A DNA stretch of 64,000 nucleotides from positions 32,674,001-32,738,000 of the forward strand of contig OZ024743.1 of assembly GCA_964016885.1 (NCBI GenBank). Reading direction: 5' to 3'. Origin of the DNA: Eledone cirrhosa (lineage: Eukaryota). The position numbers and the translations under genes are program-made. Positions 12,801 through 29,360 of the stretch are shown in pieces. Each line of letters opens with the position of its first letter. Position 1 is the first letter of the stretch. A model generated the notes under the pieces. It searched no databases and was not told where the DNA came from. It was given only the letters and a program-made list of their open reading frames with translations.

Positions 12801-15800
12801 CATACACACTGTAAGACAGATATCATAACAGTATCAATCATACACACTGTAAGACAGATATCATAACAGTATCAATCATACACACTGTAAGACAGATATC
12901 CTAACAGTATCAATCATACACACTGTGAGACATATTATAACAGTATCAATCATACACACTGTAACACAGATATCATAACAGTATCAATCATACACACTGT
13001 AAGACAGATATCATAACATTGTCAATCATACTCACTGTAAGACAGATATCATAACAGTATCAATCATACACACTGTAAGACAGATATCATAACAGTATCA
13101 ATCATACACACTGTAAGAGAGATATCATAACAGTATCAATCATACTCACTGTAAGACAAATATCATAACAGTATCAATCATACTCACTGTAAGACAAATA
13201 TCATAACAGTATCAATCATACACACTGTAAGACAGATATCATAACAGTATCAATCATACACACTGTAAGACAGATATCATAACAGTATCAATCATACACA
13301 CTGTAAGACAGATATCATAACAGTATCAATCATACACACTGTAAGACAGATATCATAACAGTATCAATCATACACACTGTAAGACAGATATCATAACAGT
13401 ATCAATCATACACACTGTAAGACAGATATCATAGCAGTATCAATCATACACACTGTAAGATAGATATCATAGCAGTATCAATCATATTCACTGTAAGACA
13501 GATATCATAACAGTATCAATCATACACACTGTAAGACAGATATCATAACAGTATCAATCATACACACTGTAAGACAGATATCATAACAGTATCAATCATA
13601 CACACTGTAAGACAGATATCATAACAGTATCAATCATACACACTGTAAGACAGATATCATAACAGTATCAATCATACACACTGTAAGACAGATATCATAA
13701 CAGTATCAATCATACTCACTGTAAGACAGATATCATAACAGTATCAATCATACTCACTGTAAGACAGATATCATAACCTTATCAATCATACACACTGTAA
13801 GACAGATATCATAACAGTATCAATCATACACACTGTAAGACAGATATCATCACGGTATGAATCATACACACTGTAAGACAGATATCATAACAGTATGAAT
13901 CATACACACTGTAAGACAGATATCATAACAGTATCAATCATACACACTGTAAGACAGATATCATAACAGTATCAATCATACACACTGTAAGATGGTTATC
14001 ATAACATTATCAATCATACTCACTGTAAGACAGATATCATAACAGTATCAATCATACTAACTGTAAGACAGATATCATAATAGTATTAATCATACTCACT
14101 GTAAGACAGATATCATAACAGTATCAATCATACACACTGTAAGACAGATATCATAACAGTATCAATCATACACACTGTAAGATGGTTATCATAACATTAT
14201 CAATCATACTCACTGTAAGACAGATATCATAACAGTATCAATCATACTAACTGTAAGACAGTTATCATAACAGTATCAATCATACACACTGTAAGACATA
14301 TATCATAACAGTATCAATCATACACACTGTAAGACAGATATCATAACAGTATGAATCATACACACTGTAAGACAGTTATCATAACAGTATGAATCATACA
14401 CACTGTAAGACAGTTATCATAACAGTATCAATCATACACACTGTAAGACAGATATCATAACAGTATGAATCATACACACTGTAAGACAGTTATCATAACA
14501 GTATGAATCATACACACTGTAAGACAGATATCATAACAGTATCAATCATACACACTGCAAGACAGATATAACAGTATCAATCATACTCACTGTAAGACAG
14601 ATATCATAACAGTATGAATCATACACACTGTAAGACAGATATCATAACAGTATCAATCATACACACTGTAAGACAGATATCATAACAGTATCAATCATAC
14701 ACACTGTAAGACAGATATCATAACAGTATCAATCATATACACTGTAAGACAGATATCATAACAGTATGAATCATACACACTGTAAGACAGATATCATAAC
14801 AGTATCAATCATACACACTGTAAGATAGATATCATAACAGTATCAATCATACACACTGTAAGACAGATATCATAACAGTATCAATCATACACACTGTAAG
14901 ACAGATATGATAACATTATCAATCATACTCACTGTAAGACAGTTATCATAACAGTATCAATCATACACACTGTAAGACAGATATCATAACAGTATCAATC
15001 ATACACACTGTAAGACAGATATCATAACAGTATCAATCATACACACTGTAAGACAGATATCATAACAGTATCAATCATACACACTGTAAGACAGATATCA
15101 TAACAGTATCAATCATACACACTGTAAGACAGATATCATAACAGTATCAATCATACACACTGTAAGACAGATATCATAACAGTATAAATCATACACACTG
15201 TAAGACAGATATCATAACAGTATCAATCATACACACTGTAAGACAGATATCATAACAGTATCAATCATACTCACTGTAAGACAGATATCATAACAGTGTG
15301 AATCATACACACTGTAAGACAGATATCATAACAGTATCAATCATACACACTGTAAGACAGATATCATAAATGTATCAATCATACACACTGTAAGACAGAT
15401 ATCATAACAGTATCAATTATACACACTGTAAGACAGATATCATAACAGTATCAATCATACACACTGTAAGACAGATATCATAACAGTATCAATCATAAAC
15501 ATTGTAAGACAGATATCATAACAGTATCAATCATACACACTGTAAGACAGTTATCATAACAGTATCAATCATACACACTGTAAGACATATATCATAACAG
15601 TATCAATCATACACACTGTAAGACAGATATCATAAGAGTATCAATCATACACACTAAGACAGATATCAGAACAGTATCAATCATACACACTGTAAGACAG
15701 ATATCATAACAGTATCAATCGTACACACTAAGACAGATATCATAACAGTATCAATCATACACACTGTAAGACATATATCATAACAGTATCAATCATACTC

Positions 15801-18800
15801 ACTGTAAGACAGATATCATAACAGTATCAATCATACACACTAAGACAGATATCATAACAGTATCAATCAAACACACTGTAAGACATATATCATAACAGTA
15901 TCAATCATACACACTGTAAGACAGATATCATAACAGTATCAATCATACACACTAAGACAGATATCATAACAGTATCAATCATACACACTGTAAGACAGAT
16001 ATCATAACAGTATCAATCATACACACTAAGACAGATATCATAACAGTATCAATCATACACACTGTAAGACAGATATCATAACAGTATCAATCATGCACAC
16101 TGTAAGACAGATATCATAACAGTATCAATCATACACACTGTAAGACAGTTATCATAACAGTATCAATCATACACACTAAGACAGATATCATAACAGTATC
16201 AATCATACACACTGTAAGACATATATCATAACAGTATCAATCATACACACTGTAAGACAGATATCATAACAGTATCAATCATACACACTAAGACAGATAT
16301 CATGACAGTATCAATCATACTCACTGTAAGACAGATATCATAACAGTATCAATCATACACACTGTGAGACAGACATCATAACAGTATCAATCATACACAC
16401 TGTGAGACAGATATCATGACAGTATCAATCATACTCACTGTAAGACAGATATCATAACATTATCAATCATACACACTGTAAGACAGATATCATAACAGTA
16501 TCAATCATACACACTGTAAGACAGATATCATAACAGTATCAATCATGCACACTGTAAGACAGATATCATAACAGTATCAATCATACACACTGTAAGACAG
16601 TTATCATAACAGTATCAATCATACACACTAAGACAGATATCATAACAGTATCAATCATACACACTGTAAGACATATATCATAACAGTATCAATCATACAC
16701 ACTGTAAGACAGATATCATAACAGTATCAATCATACACACTAAGACAGATATCATGACAGTATCAATCATACTCACTGTAAGACAGATATCATAACAGTA
16801 TCAATCATACACACTGTGAGACAGACATCATAACAGTATCAATCATACACACTGTGAGACAGATATCATGACAGTATCAATCATACTCACTGTAAGACAG
16901 ATATCATAACAGTATCAATCATACTCACTGTAAGACAGATATCATAACATTATCAATCATACAAACTGTAAGACAGATATCATAACAGTATCAATCATAC
17001 ACACTGTAAGACAGATATCATAACAGTATCAATCATACTCACTGTAAGACAGATATCATAACAGTATCAATAATACTCACTGTAAGACAGATATCATAAC
17101 ATTATCAATCATACACACTGTAAGACAGATATCATAACAGTATCAATCATACTCACTGTAAGACAGATATCATAACATTATCAATCATACACACTGTAAC
17201 ACAGATATAATATTATCAATCATACACACTGTAAGACAGATATCATAACAGTATCAATCATACACACTGTAAGACAGATATCATAACATTATCAATCATA
17301 CACACTCTAAGACAGATATCATAACAGTATGAATCATACACACTGTAAGACAGATATCATAACAGTATCAATCATACACACTGTAAGACAGATATCATAA
17401 CAGTATCAATCATACACACTAAGACAGATATCATAACAGTATCAATCATACACACTGTAAGACAGATATCATAACAGTATCAATCATACACACTGTAAGA
17501 CAGATATCATAACAATATCAATCATACACACTGTAAGACAGATATCATAACAGTATCAATCATACACACTGTAAGACAGATATCATAACAGTATCAATCA
17601 TACACACTGTAAGACAGATATCATAACAGTATCAATCATACACACTGTAAGACAGATATCATAACAGTATCAATCATACACACTGTAAGACAGATATCAT
17701 AACAGTATCAATCATACTCACTGTAAGACAGTTATCATAACAGTATCAATCATACACACTGGAAGACAGATATCATAACAGTATGAATCATACACACTGT
17801 AAGACAGATATCATAACAGTATGAATCATACACACTGTAAGACAGATATCATAACAGTATCAATCACACTCACTGTAAGACAGATACCATAACAGTATCA
17901 ATCATACACACTGTAAGACAGATATCATAACAGTATCAATCATACACACTGTAAGACAGATATCATAACAGTATCAATCATACACACTGTAAGACAGATA
18001 TAACAGTATCAATCATACACACTGTAAGACAGATATCATAACAGTATCAATCATACTCACTGTAAGACAGATATGATAACATTATCAATCATACTCACTG
18101 TAAGACAGATATCATAACAGTATCAATCATACTCACTGTAAGACAGATATCATAACAGTATCAATCATACACACTGTAAGACAGATATCATAACAGTATG
18201 AATCATACACACTGTAAGACAGATATCATAACAGTATCAATCATACACACTGTAAGACAGATATCATAACAGTATCAATCATACACACTGTAAGACAGAT
18301 ATCCTAACAGTATCAATCATACACACTGTGAGACATATTATAACAGTATCAATCATACACACTGTAACACAGATATCATAACAGTATCAATCATACACAC
18401 TGTAAGACAGATATCATAACATTGTCAATCATACTCACTGTAAGACAGATATCATAACAGTATCAATCATACACACTGTAAGACAGATATCATAACAGTA
18501 TCAATCATACACACTGTAAGAGAGATATCATAACAGTATCAATCATACTCACTGTAAGACAAATATCATAACAGTATCAATCATACTCACTGTAAGACAA
18601 ATATCATAACAGTATCAATCATACACACTGTAAGACAGATATCATAACAGTATCAATCATACACACTGTAAGACAGATATCATAACAGTATCAATCATAC
18701 ACACTGTAAGACAGATATCATAACAGTATCAATCATACACACTGTAAGACAGATATCATAACAGTATCAATCATACACACTGTAAGACAGATATCATAAC

Positions 18801-21800
18801 AGTATCAATCATACACACTGTAAGACAGATATCATAGCAGTATCAATCATACACACTGTAAGATAGATATCATAGCAGTATCAATCATACACACTGTAAG
18901 ACAGATATCATAACAGTATCAATCATACACACTGTAAGACAGATATCATAACAGTATCAATCATACACACTGTAAGACAGATATCATAACAGTATCAATC
19001 ATACACACTGTAAGACAGATATCATAACAGTATCAATCATACACACTGTAAGACAGATATCATAACAGTATCAATCATACACACTGTAAGACAGATATCA
19101 TAACAGTATCAATCATACTCACTGTAAGACAGATATCATAACAGTATCAATCATACTCACTGTAAGACAGATATCATAACCTTATCAATCATACACACTG
19201 TAAGACAGATATCATAACAGTATCAATCATACACACTGTAAGACAGATATCATCACGGTATGAATCATACACACTGTAAGACAGATATCATAACAGTATG
19301 AATCATACACACTGTAAGACAGATATCATAACAGTATCAATCATACACACTGTAAGACAGATATCATAACAGTATCAATCATACACACTGTAAGATGGTT
19401 ATCATAACATTATCAATCATACTCACTGTAAGACAGATATCATAACAGTATCAATCATACTAACTGTAAGACAGATATCATAATAGTATTAATCATACTC
19501 ACTGTAAGACAGATATCATAACAGTATCAATCATACACACTGTAAGACAGATATCATAACAGTATCAATCATACACACTGTAAGATGGTTATCATAACAT
19601 TATCAATCATACTCACTGTAAGACAGATATCATAACAGTATCAATCATACTAACTGTAAGACAGTTATCATAACAGTATCAATCATACACACTGTAAGAC
19701 ATATATCATAACAGTATCAATCATACACACTGTAAGACAGATATCATAACAGTATGAATCATACACACTGTAAGACAGTTATCATAACAGTATGAATCAT
19801 ACACACTGTAAGACAGTTATCATAACAGTATCAATCATACACACTGTAAGACAGATATCATAACAGTATGAATCATACACACTGTAAGACAGTTATCATA
19901 ACAGTATGAATCATACACACTGTAAGACAGATATCATAACAGTATCAATCATACACACTGCAAGACAGATATAACAGTATCAATCATACTCACTGTAAGA
20001 CAGATATCATAACAGTATGAATCATACACACTGTAAGACAGATATCATAACAGTATCAATCATACACACTGTAAGACAGATATCATAACAGTATCAATCA
20101 TACACACTGTAAGACAGATATCATAACAGTATCAATCATATACACTGTAAGACAGATATCATAACAGTATGAATCATACACACTGTAAGACAGATATCAT
20201 AACAGTATCAATCATACACACTGTAAGATAGATATCATAACAGTATCAATCATACACACTGTAAGACAGATATCATAACAGTATCAATCATACACACTGT
20301 AAGACAGATATGATAACATTATCAATCATACTCACTGTAAGACAGTTATCATAACAGTATCAATCATACACACTGTAAGACAGATATCATAACAGTATCA
20401 ATCATACACACTGTAAGACAGATATCATAACAGTATCAATCATACACACTGTAAGACAGATATCATAACAGTATCAATCATACACACTGTAAGACAGATA
20501 TCATAACAGTATCAATCATACTCACTGTAAGACAGATATCATAACAGTATCAATCATACTCACTGTAAGACAGATATCATAACAGTATCAATCATACTCA
20601 CTGTAAGACAGATATCATAACCTTATCAATCATACACACTGTAAGACAGATATCATAACAGTATCAATCATACACACTGTAAGACAGATATCATCACGGT
20701 ATGAATCATACACACTGTAAGACAGATATCATAACAGTATGAATCATACACACTGTAAGACAGATATCATAACAGAATCAATCATACACACTGTAAGACA
20801 GATATCATAACAGTATCAATCATACACACTGTAAGATGGTTATCATAACATTATCAATCATACTCACTGTAAGACAGATATCATAACAGTATCAATCATA
20901 CTAACTGTAAGACAGATATCATAATAGTATTAATCATACTCACTGTAAGACAGATATCATAACAGTATCAATCATACACACTGTAAGACAGATATCATAA
21001 CAGTATCAATCATACACACTGTAAGATGGTTATCATAACATTATCAATCATACTCACTGTAAGACAGATATCATAACAGTATCAATCATACTAACTGTAA
21101 GACAGTTATCATAACAGTATCAATCATACACACTGTAAGACATATATCATAACAGTATCAATCATACACACTGTAAGACAGATATCATAACAGTATGAAT
21201 CATACACACTGTAAGACAGTTATCATAACAGTATGAATCATACACACTGTAAGACAGTTATCATAACAGTATCAATCATACACACTGTAAGACAGATATC
21301 ATAACAGTATGAATCATACACACTGTAAGACAGTTATCATAACAGTATGAATCATACACACTGTAAGACAGATATCATAACAGTATCAATCATACACACT
21401 GCAAGACAGATATAACAGTATCAATCATACTCACTGTAAGACAGATATCATAACAGTATGAATCATACACACTGTAAGACAGATATCATAACAGTATCAA
21501 TCATACACACTGTAAGACAGATATCATAACAGTATCAATCATACACACTGTAAGACAGATATCATAACAGTATCAATCATATACACTGTAAGACAGATAT
21601 CATAACAGTATGAATCATACACACTGTAAGACAGATATCATAACAGTATCAATCATACACACTGTAAGATAGATATCATAACAGTATCAATCATACACAC
21701 TGTAAGACAGATATCATAACAGTATCAATCATACACACTGTAAGACAGATATGATAACATTATCAATCATACTCACTGTAAGACAGTTATCATAACAGTA

Positions 21801-22740
21801 TCAATCATACACACTGTAAGACAGATATCATAACAGTATCAATCATACACACTGTAAGACAGATATCATAACAGTATCAATCATACACACTGTAAGACAG
21901 ATATCATAACAGTATCAATCATACACACTGTAAGACAGATATCATAACAGTATCAATCATACACACTGTAAGACAGATATCATAACAGTATCAATCATAC
22001 ACACTGTAAGACAGATATCATAACAGTATAAATCATACACACTGTAAGACAGATATCATAACAGTATCAATCATACACACTGTAAGACAGATATCATAAC
22101 AGTATCAATCATACTCACTGTAAGACAGATATCATAACAGTGTGAATCATACACACTGTAAGACAGATATCATAACAGTATCAATCATACACACTGTAAG
22201 ACAGATATCATAACAGTATCAATCATACTTACTGTAAGACAGATATCGTAACAGTATCAATCATACACACTGTAAGACAGATATCATAACAGTATGAATC
22301 ATACACACTGTAAGACAGATATCATAACAGTATCAATCATACTCACTGTAAGACAGATATCATAACAGTATAAATCATACACACTGTAAGACAGATATCA
22401 TAACAGTATCAATCATACACACTGTAAGACAGATATCATAACAGTATCAATCATACTCACTGTAAGACAGATATCATAACAGTATGAATCATACACACTG
22501 TAAGACAGATATCATAACAGTATCAATCATACACACTGTAAGACAGATATCATAACAGTATCAATCATACTCACTGTAAGACAGATATCGTAACAGTATC
22601 AATCATACACACTGTAAGACAGATATCATAACAGTATGAATCATACACACTGTAAGACAGATATCATAACAGTATCAATCATAGTCACTGTAAGACAGAT
22701 ATCATAACAGTATAAATCATACACACTGTAAGACAGATAT
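9854..22740. repeat. 38-bp tandem satellite, left part (consensus ACAGTATCAATCATACACACTGTAAGACAGATATCATA)
   Basis: Period of 38 measured directly (e.g. 13201 and 13239). 36-bp variants lack TG. Diagnostic variants recur in blocks. Confidence 0.98.
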
Positions 22741-23968
22741 CATCATCATCATCATCATCATCACCGTTTTACGTCCGTTCTTCCACGCTAGCATGGGTTA
22801 GACGGGTTGTCCTGTTGTGGGCAGTGTCTGGTCGGCTGACCATGCCTTGCTCATACAGGAACTGATCTGGCTTGATTTCTATAGCTGGATGCCCTTCCTA
22901 ACACCAACCTCATTTACAGTGAGTGCTGGGTGCTTTTTCGTGTGGGCTGGGTGCTTTTTTCCGTGACACCTCCACGACCATCTTGCGGTGGGGAGAGTGG
23001 GGGCATATTGTTTATATGCTTCAGCATGTACCCATGGGAGGTCGGGTACCCTGTATTACTGCGTGACGCCAGAAGTCACGGTCGTGTGTCATTGACTTTG
23101 AGAGGTGTAGTTGGGTAAGGTCGGCTTTTATCACCTCATCCCAAGTCATCTTGGGTCTCCCCACTCCACGGTTTCCATCAATTTCTAGTGCTCTGCACCT
23201 TTTTATGCAGCTGTCATCCTTCATACGCATCACATGTCCATACCAGCGTAACCGCCTCTCCTGCACGCAGCATTTGATTCCTCTTATGCTCAGTCTCTCT
23301 CTCAATTCCTTTATGCTTTGTCGTTCACGTATATTACTGTTACACATCCATCGGAGCATGCAGGCTTCGTTTCTCTCTAATCTACGTAAGTCTTCCACCT
23401 TCAGCGCCCAGGTCTCACTACCATGCAACATCGCTGTTCGGATACACGCATCATACAGTCTGCCTTTCATTCTGAGGGAGAAGCCTTTTGCAGCTAGCAG
23501 TGGTAGTAGTTCCCTAAACTTCTTCCATCCCGTTCTTACCCTAGTTATTGTACTTTCTGAGCACCCACCTCCGTTGCTAATTCGGTCACCTAGGTAGCAG
23601 AAGCTGTCTACTGTTTCTACAGGGCCCTCCCAGAGATTGGTGGTACTTGTTTCCTGTGGCTGTTTGCTTGCTGTTTCAGCACAGCTGCTGCATGTGAATC
23701 CTACATTCTTAATTAAGCTTCCTGAGATCCCGCTACATCTCTTGTGTACCCATTGTTTGCATTTGGGGCAGAGAATGGAGTTCCTACCTACACCTTTCCT
23801 ACATACTGAGCAAGGCCATTTCCCTGAGGGGATCTGGGTTCTGTTTTCTCGTCTACTTATAAGGACCTTAGTCTTTGTCATGTTGACTTTGAGGCCCTTT
23901 CTCTCTAGTCCCTGCTTCCAGGTTTGGAATTTATTCTCTAGTTCTACCATAGATTCAGCTAACAGTAA
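22741..23968 (-). mobile_element. 5'-truncated RTE-clade LINE inserted in the satellite, carrying the RT C-terminal half with a PHD-like finger (ORF 23021-23998)
   Basis: ORF motifs GLKVNMTKTKVL, FCYLGDRI, LHGSETW, RRLRWYGHV and GRPKMTW. (GAT)n tail at 22741-22762. The copy is truncated just after the YADD position. Confidence 0.93.
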
Positions 23969-26900
23969 CAGTATCATAACAGTATCAATCATACACACTG
24001 TAAGACAGATATCATAACAGTATCAATCATACTCACTGTAAGACAGATATCATAACAGTATGAATCATACACACTGTAAGACAGATATCATAACAGTATC
24101 AATCATACATACTGTAAGACAGATATCATAACAGTATCAATCATACACACTGTAAGACAGATATCATAACAGTATCAATCATACACACTGTAAGACAGAT
24201 ATCATAACAGTATGAATCATACACACTGTAAGACAGATATCATAACAGTATCAATCATACTCACTGTAAGACAGATATCATAACAGTATCAATCATACTC
24301 ACTGTAAGACAGATATCATAACTGTATCAATCATACACACTGTAAGACAGATATCATAACAGTATCAATCATACACACTGTAAGACAGATATCATAACAG
24401 TATCAATCATACACACTGTAAGACAGATATCATAACATTATCAATCATACTCACTGTAAGACAGATATCATAACAGTATCAATCATACTCACTGTAAGAC
24501 AGATATCATAACAGTATCAATCATACACACTGTAAGACAGATATCATAACAGTATCAACCATACTTACTGTAAGACAGATATCATAACATTATCAATCAT
24601 ACCCACTGTAAGACAGATATCATAACAGTATCAATCATACTCACTGTAAGACAGATATCATAACAGTATCAATCATACACACTGGAAGACAGATATCATA
24701 ACATTATCAATCATACTCACTGTAAGACAGATATCATAACAGTATGAATCATACACACTGTAAGACAGATATCATAACAGTATGAATCATACACACTGTA
24801 AGACAGATATCATAACAGTATGAATCATACACACTGTAAGACAGATATCATAACAATATGAATCATACACACTGTAAGACAGATATCATAACAGTATGAA
24901 TCATACACACTGTAAGACAGATATCATAACAATATGAATCATACACAATGTAAGACAGATATCATAACAGTATGAATTATACACACTGGAAGACATATCA
25001 TAACAGTATCAATCATACACACTGTAAGACAGATATCATAACAGTATGAATCATACACACTGTAAGACAGATATCATAACAGTATCAATCATACTCACTG
25101 TAAGACAGATATCATAACAGTATCAATCATACTCACTGTAAGACAGATATCATAACAGTATCAATCATACACACTGTAAGACAGATATCATAACAGTATC
25201 AATCATACACACTGTAAGACAGATATCATAACAGTATGAATCATAGACACTGTAAGACAGATATCATAACAGTATCAATCATACTCACTGTAAGACAGAT
25301 ATCATAACAGTATCAATCATACACACTGTAAGACAGATATCATAACAGTATCAATCATACACACTGTAAGACAGATATCATAACATTATCAATCATACAC
25401 ACTGTAAGACAGATATCATAACAGTATCAATCATACACACTGTAAGACAGATATCATAACAGTATCAATCATACACACTGTAAGACAGTTATCATAACAG
25501 TATCAATCATACACACTGTAAGACAGTTATCATAACAGTATCAATCATACACACTGTAAGACAGATATCATAACATTATCAATCATACACACTGTAAGAC
25601 AGATATCATAACAGTATCAATCATACTCACTGTAAGACAGATATCATAACATTATCAATCATACACACTGTAAGACAGATATCATAACAGTATCAATCAT
25701 ACACACTGTAAGACAGTTATCATAACAGTATCAATCATACACACTGTAAGACAGTTATCATAACAGTATCAATCATACACACTGTAAGACAGATATCATA
25801 ACATTATGAATCATACTCACTGTAAGACAGATATCATAACATTATCAATCATACACACTGTAAGACAGATATCATAACAGTATCAATCATACTCACTGTA
25901 AGACAGATATCATAACAGTATCAATCATACTCACTGTAAGACAGATATCATAACAGTATCAATCATACACACTGTAAGACAGATATCATAACAGTATCAA
26001 TCATACACACTGTAAGACAGATATCATAACATTATCAATCATACACACTGTAAGACAGATATCATAACAGTATCAATCATACACACTGTAAGACAGATAT
26101 CATAACAGTATGAATCATACACACTGTAAGACAGATATCATAACAGTATCAATCATACTCACTGTAAGACAGATATCATAACAGTATCAATCATACACAC
26201 TGTAAGACAGATATCATAACAGTATCAATCATACTCACTGTAAGACAGATATCATAACTGTATCAATCATACACACTGTAAGACAGATATCATAACAGTA
26301 TCAATCATACACACTGTAAGACAGATATCATAACAGTATTAATCATACACACTGTAAGACAGATATCATAACATTATCAATCATACTCATTGTAAGACAG
26401 ATATCATAACAGTATCAATCATACTCACTGTAAGACAGATATCATAACAGTATCAATCATACACACTGTAAGACAGATATCATAACAGTATCAACCATAC
26501 TTACTGTAAGACAGATATCATAACATTATCAATCATACCCACTGTAAGACAGATATCATAACAGTATCAATCATACTCACTGTAAGACAGATATCATAAC
26601 AGTATCAATCATACACACTGGAAGACAGATATCATAACATTATCAATCATACTCACTGTAAGACAGATATCATAACAGTATCAATCATACACACTGTAAG
26701 ACAGATATCATAACAGTATGAATCATACACACTGTAAGACAGATATCATAACAGTATGAATCATACACACTGTAAGACAGATATCATAACAATATGAATC
26801 ATACACAATGTAAGACAGATATCATAACAGTATGAATCATACACACTGTAAGACATATCATAACAGTATCAATCATACACACTGTAAGACAGATATCATA

Positions 26901-27357
26901 ACAGTATGAATCATACACACTGTAAGACAGATATCATAACAGTATCAATCATACACACTGTAAGACAGATATCATAACAGTATGAATCATACACACTGTA
27001 AGACAGATATCATAACAGTATCAATCATACTCACTGTAAGACAGATATCATAACAGTATCAATCATACTCACTGTAAGACAGATATCATAACAGTATCAA
27101 TCATACACACTGTAAGACAGATATCATAACAGTATCAATCATACACACTGTAAGACAAATATCATAACAGTATGAATCATACACACTGTAAGACAGATAT
27201 CATAACATTATCAATCATACACACTGTAAGACAGATATCATAACAGTATCAATCATACACACTGTAAGACAGTTATCATAACAGTATCAATCATACACAC
27301 TGTAAGACAGTTATCATAACAGTATCAATCATGCACACTGTAAGACAGATATCATAA
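23969..27357. repeat. 38-bp tandem satellite, right part
   Basis: Same unit resumes after the RTE insertion. Confidence 0.98.
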
Positions 27358-28102
27358 TTATCTTTATTGACACTACACAGTCTACAAAAATATTTAAATT
27401 AGTTCTTTGAAAATTAAACTTTACTTTATTCAGTCTACTGTCTCGCTGTTCTCTGTCCTTCTTTATTCTTTAAACCGTTTGATACAAACTGCCTGAAGCC
27501 ACTTCTGGTTCTTTGATACAAAGCTGTATATTTTAAAATTCTTATATCATAATTTTATTTAAGAACCTTTGTCATGCTCCAAACAACAGCTTAATAATCG
27601 GGAAGTTATGTTACTATATTCCTTGAAATTTCTTATTTTCAAAATGATGTGAAAAATCAAAATCACTCTCTTTCATTAGAAATGTGGCAATGAAAGAGTT
27701 CATTAATAGTTAATAATATTTTACATTTGTCTACAAGGTTTGTAGACAGTTTTGTTAAAGAACTGGAATTATCTGACTGCCAAATATTAATGCAACTTAA
27801 TATTTGACCCTGAAAAGATTATAAGCACCAGTGTCATTTGAATTCAAACTGTAATATATTGTGTTAGTCATGGTAAGGTACTTTGTCTGGTACCGAACAC
27901 CCAATGCCACTCCATTGCTTTCATGTGTGAACAATAATAGTTATAATGCTTCAAGAAGATATATAACCAAAACATGAAAATAAATGAATAAATAAAAATT
28001 CTACAAATTTAAGAGTGGAATGCAGAAAGATTTGAAATTTATATGGTTTAAAAAGGAAAATTGAAAATATAAATAAATCTATAGATGCTGTGTCCTTCTT
28101 GG

Positions 28103-28376
28103 TTTATGTATGACTGTAGTCCTTGACTAAACATACTTTGTTGAAGACACACCATTAATAATATTCCAGTAAACTTCTGTAGGTTATTATATGCCTGTAG
28201 CACAACATCATCCCCATCATCATCATCATCATCTAACATTCGTTTTATGATTATGATGGTGATGATGGTGTGCTTCTAGTATTTAATAACTTACAGAAGT
28301 TTACTAGAATATTATTAAGGGTGTGTCTTCAACAAAGTACATTTATGTATTGTCAACGACTACAGTCATATATAAA
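28103..28376. repeat. Diverged foldback (inverted repeat, arms about 130 bp)
   Basis: ttgttgaagacac...taataatattc.agtaaacttctgta is mirrored by tacagaagtttact.gaatattatta...gtgtcttcaacaa. The centre is flanked by CAT and GAT runs. Confidence 0.8.
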
Positions 28377-28711
28377 TATTTTTATTTAATATGTACTTTG
28401 AGTATTCAATATTGATTTAATTTTAGTAGGAAACATTTTGTATTATATCATTGATGTATGTTAAATTCTTCATATCTTTTTGTGTGGAGAAGGACAGTGA
28501 AATGCAGAAAGAAAGGAACCAATCATCAGATCAGACAAAGAAAACTATGGTCTTTCAATTGTCCATAATTTCTGCTGGTCACAACTCCAACCAAAAGCAT
28601 CAATATTTTTTCCAGTGAAAAGAGGCAAGATTGGAACTTTGAATGCACAGGGCCAAAAAAGCTAGCACAAATCCCCCTGCTTGACGCTTTAACTATTCCA
28701 AAATTCACTCC

Positions 28712-28835
28712 ACTAGACCAGTAATTTATTGACTCCCAAAAGGATGAAAGGCACAGTTGGCCTCAGTGGGATTAGAACTCAGAGGACAGAGAGCGAAAAC
28801 AAGTGCTTAAGCATTTGACTTGACACTTTAATGGA
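28712..28835 (-). mobile_element. Diverged SINE related to S1
   Basis: ggatgaaaggcacagttggcctcagtgggattagaactcag is the reverse of the S1 B-box and core. Confidence 0.55.
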
Positions 28836-29295
28836 AACACGTGTCTATGGCTGTTTCTTACTTCTAAAATAAAGATAAGATTATCCTTTTCTCCTAGCAA
28901 GTTAATTTGCTGAGAATTCATTCTTAGTTTCTTGAAATTATCTCCCCTTCTCATTCAGAGTCACAAGAGTGTATACAAAATAGCTAGGATATTAATATAA
29001 ATAAACAGACTGATTTATGTTCTTACACCAAGCATATTGACTGTATAATAAATACATAAATAATTACATATGATATACACAGATGCATGCAATAAATATG
29101 GGAAACCTATTATATACTCTGAAATAACAGGAAATTATTCCTACATGAAAATAAATGTGATTGGAAAATGTAAGCAAATACAAATTGAAAGCAATAAAAT
29201 CCACTTTTAATAAGTTTGTATAATTTAGTAACAATGTTTTTTAAATAAACAATATGAGTGCTCTCGTCCCCTCTCTCTTTAGCTATCTATCTCCC

Positions 29296-29360
<65 letters not shown>

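Noticed and set aside
9854-27357. CRISPR-like appearance of the 38-bp repeat
   Set aside because: Units are head-to-tail with no unique spacers, there are no cas genes, and the context is eukaryotic.
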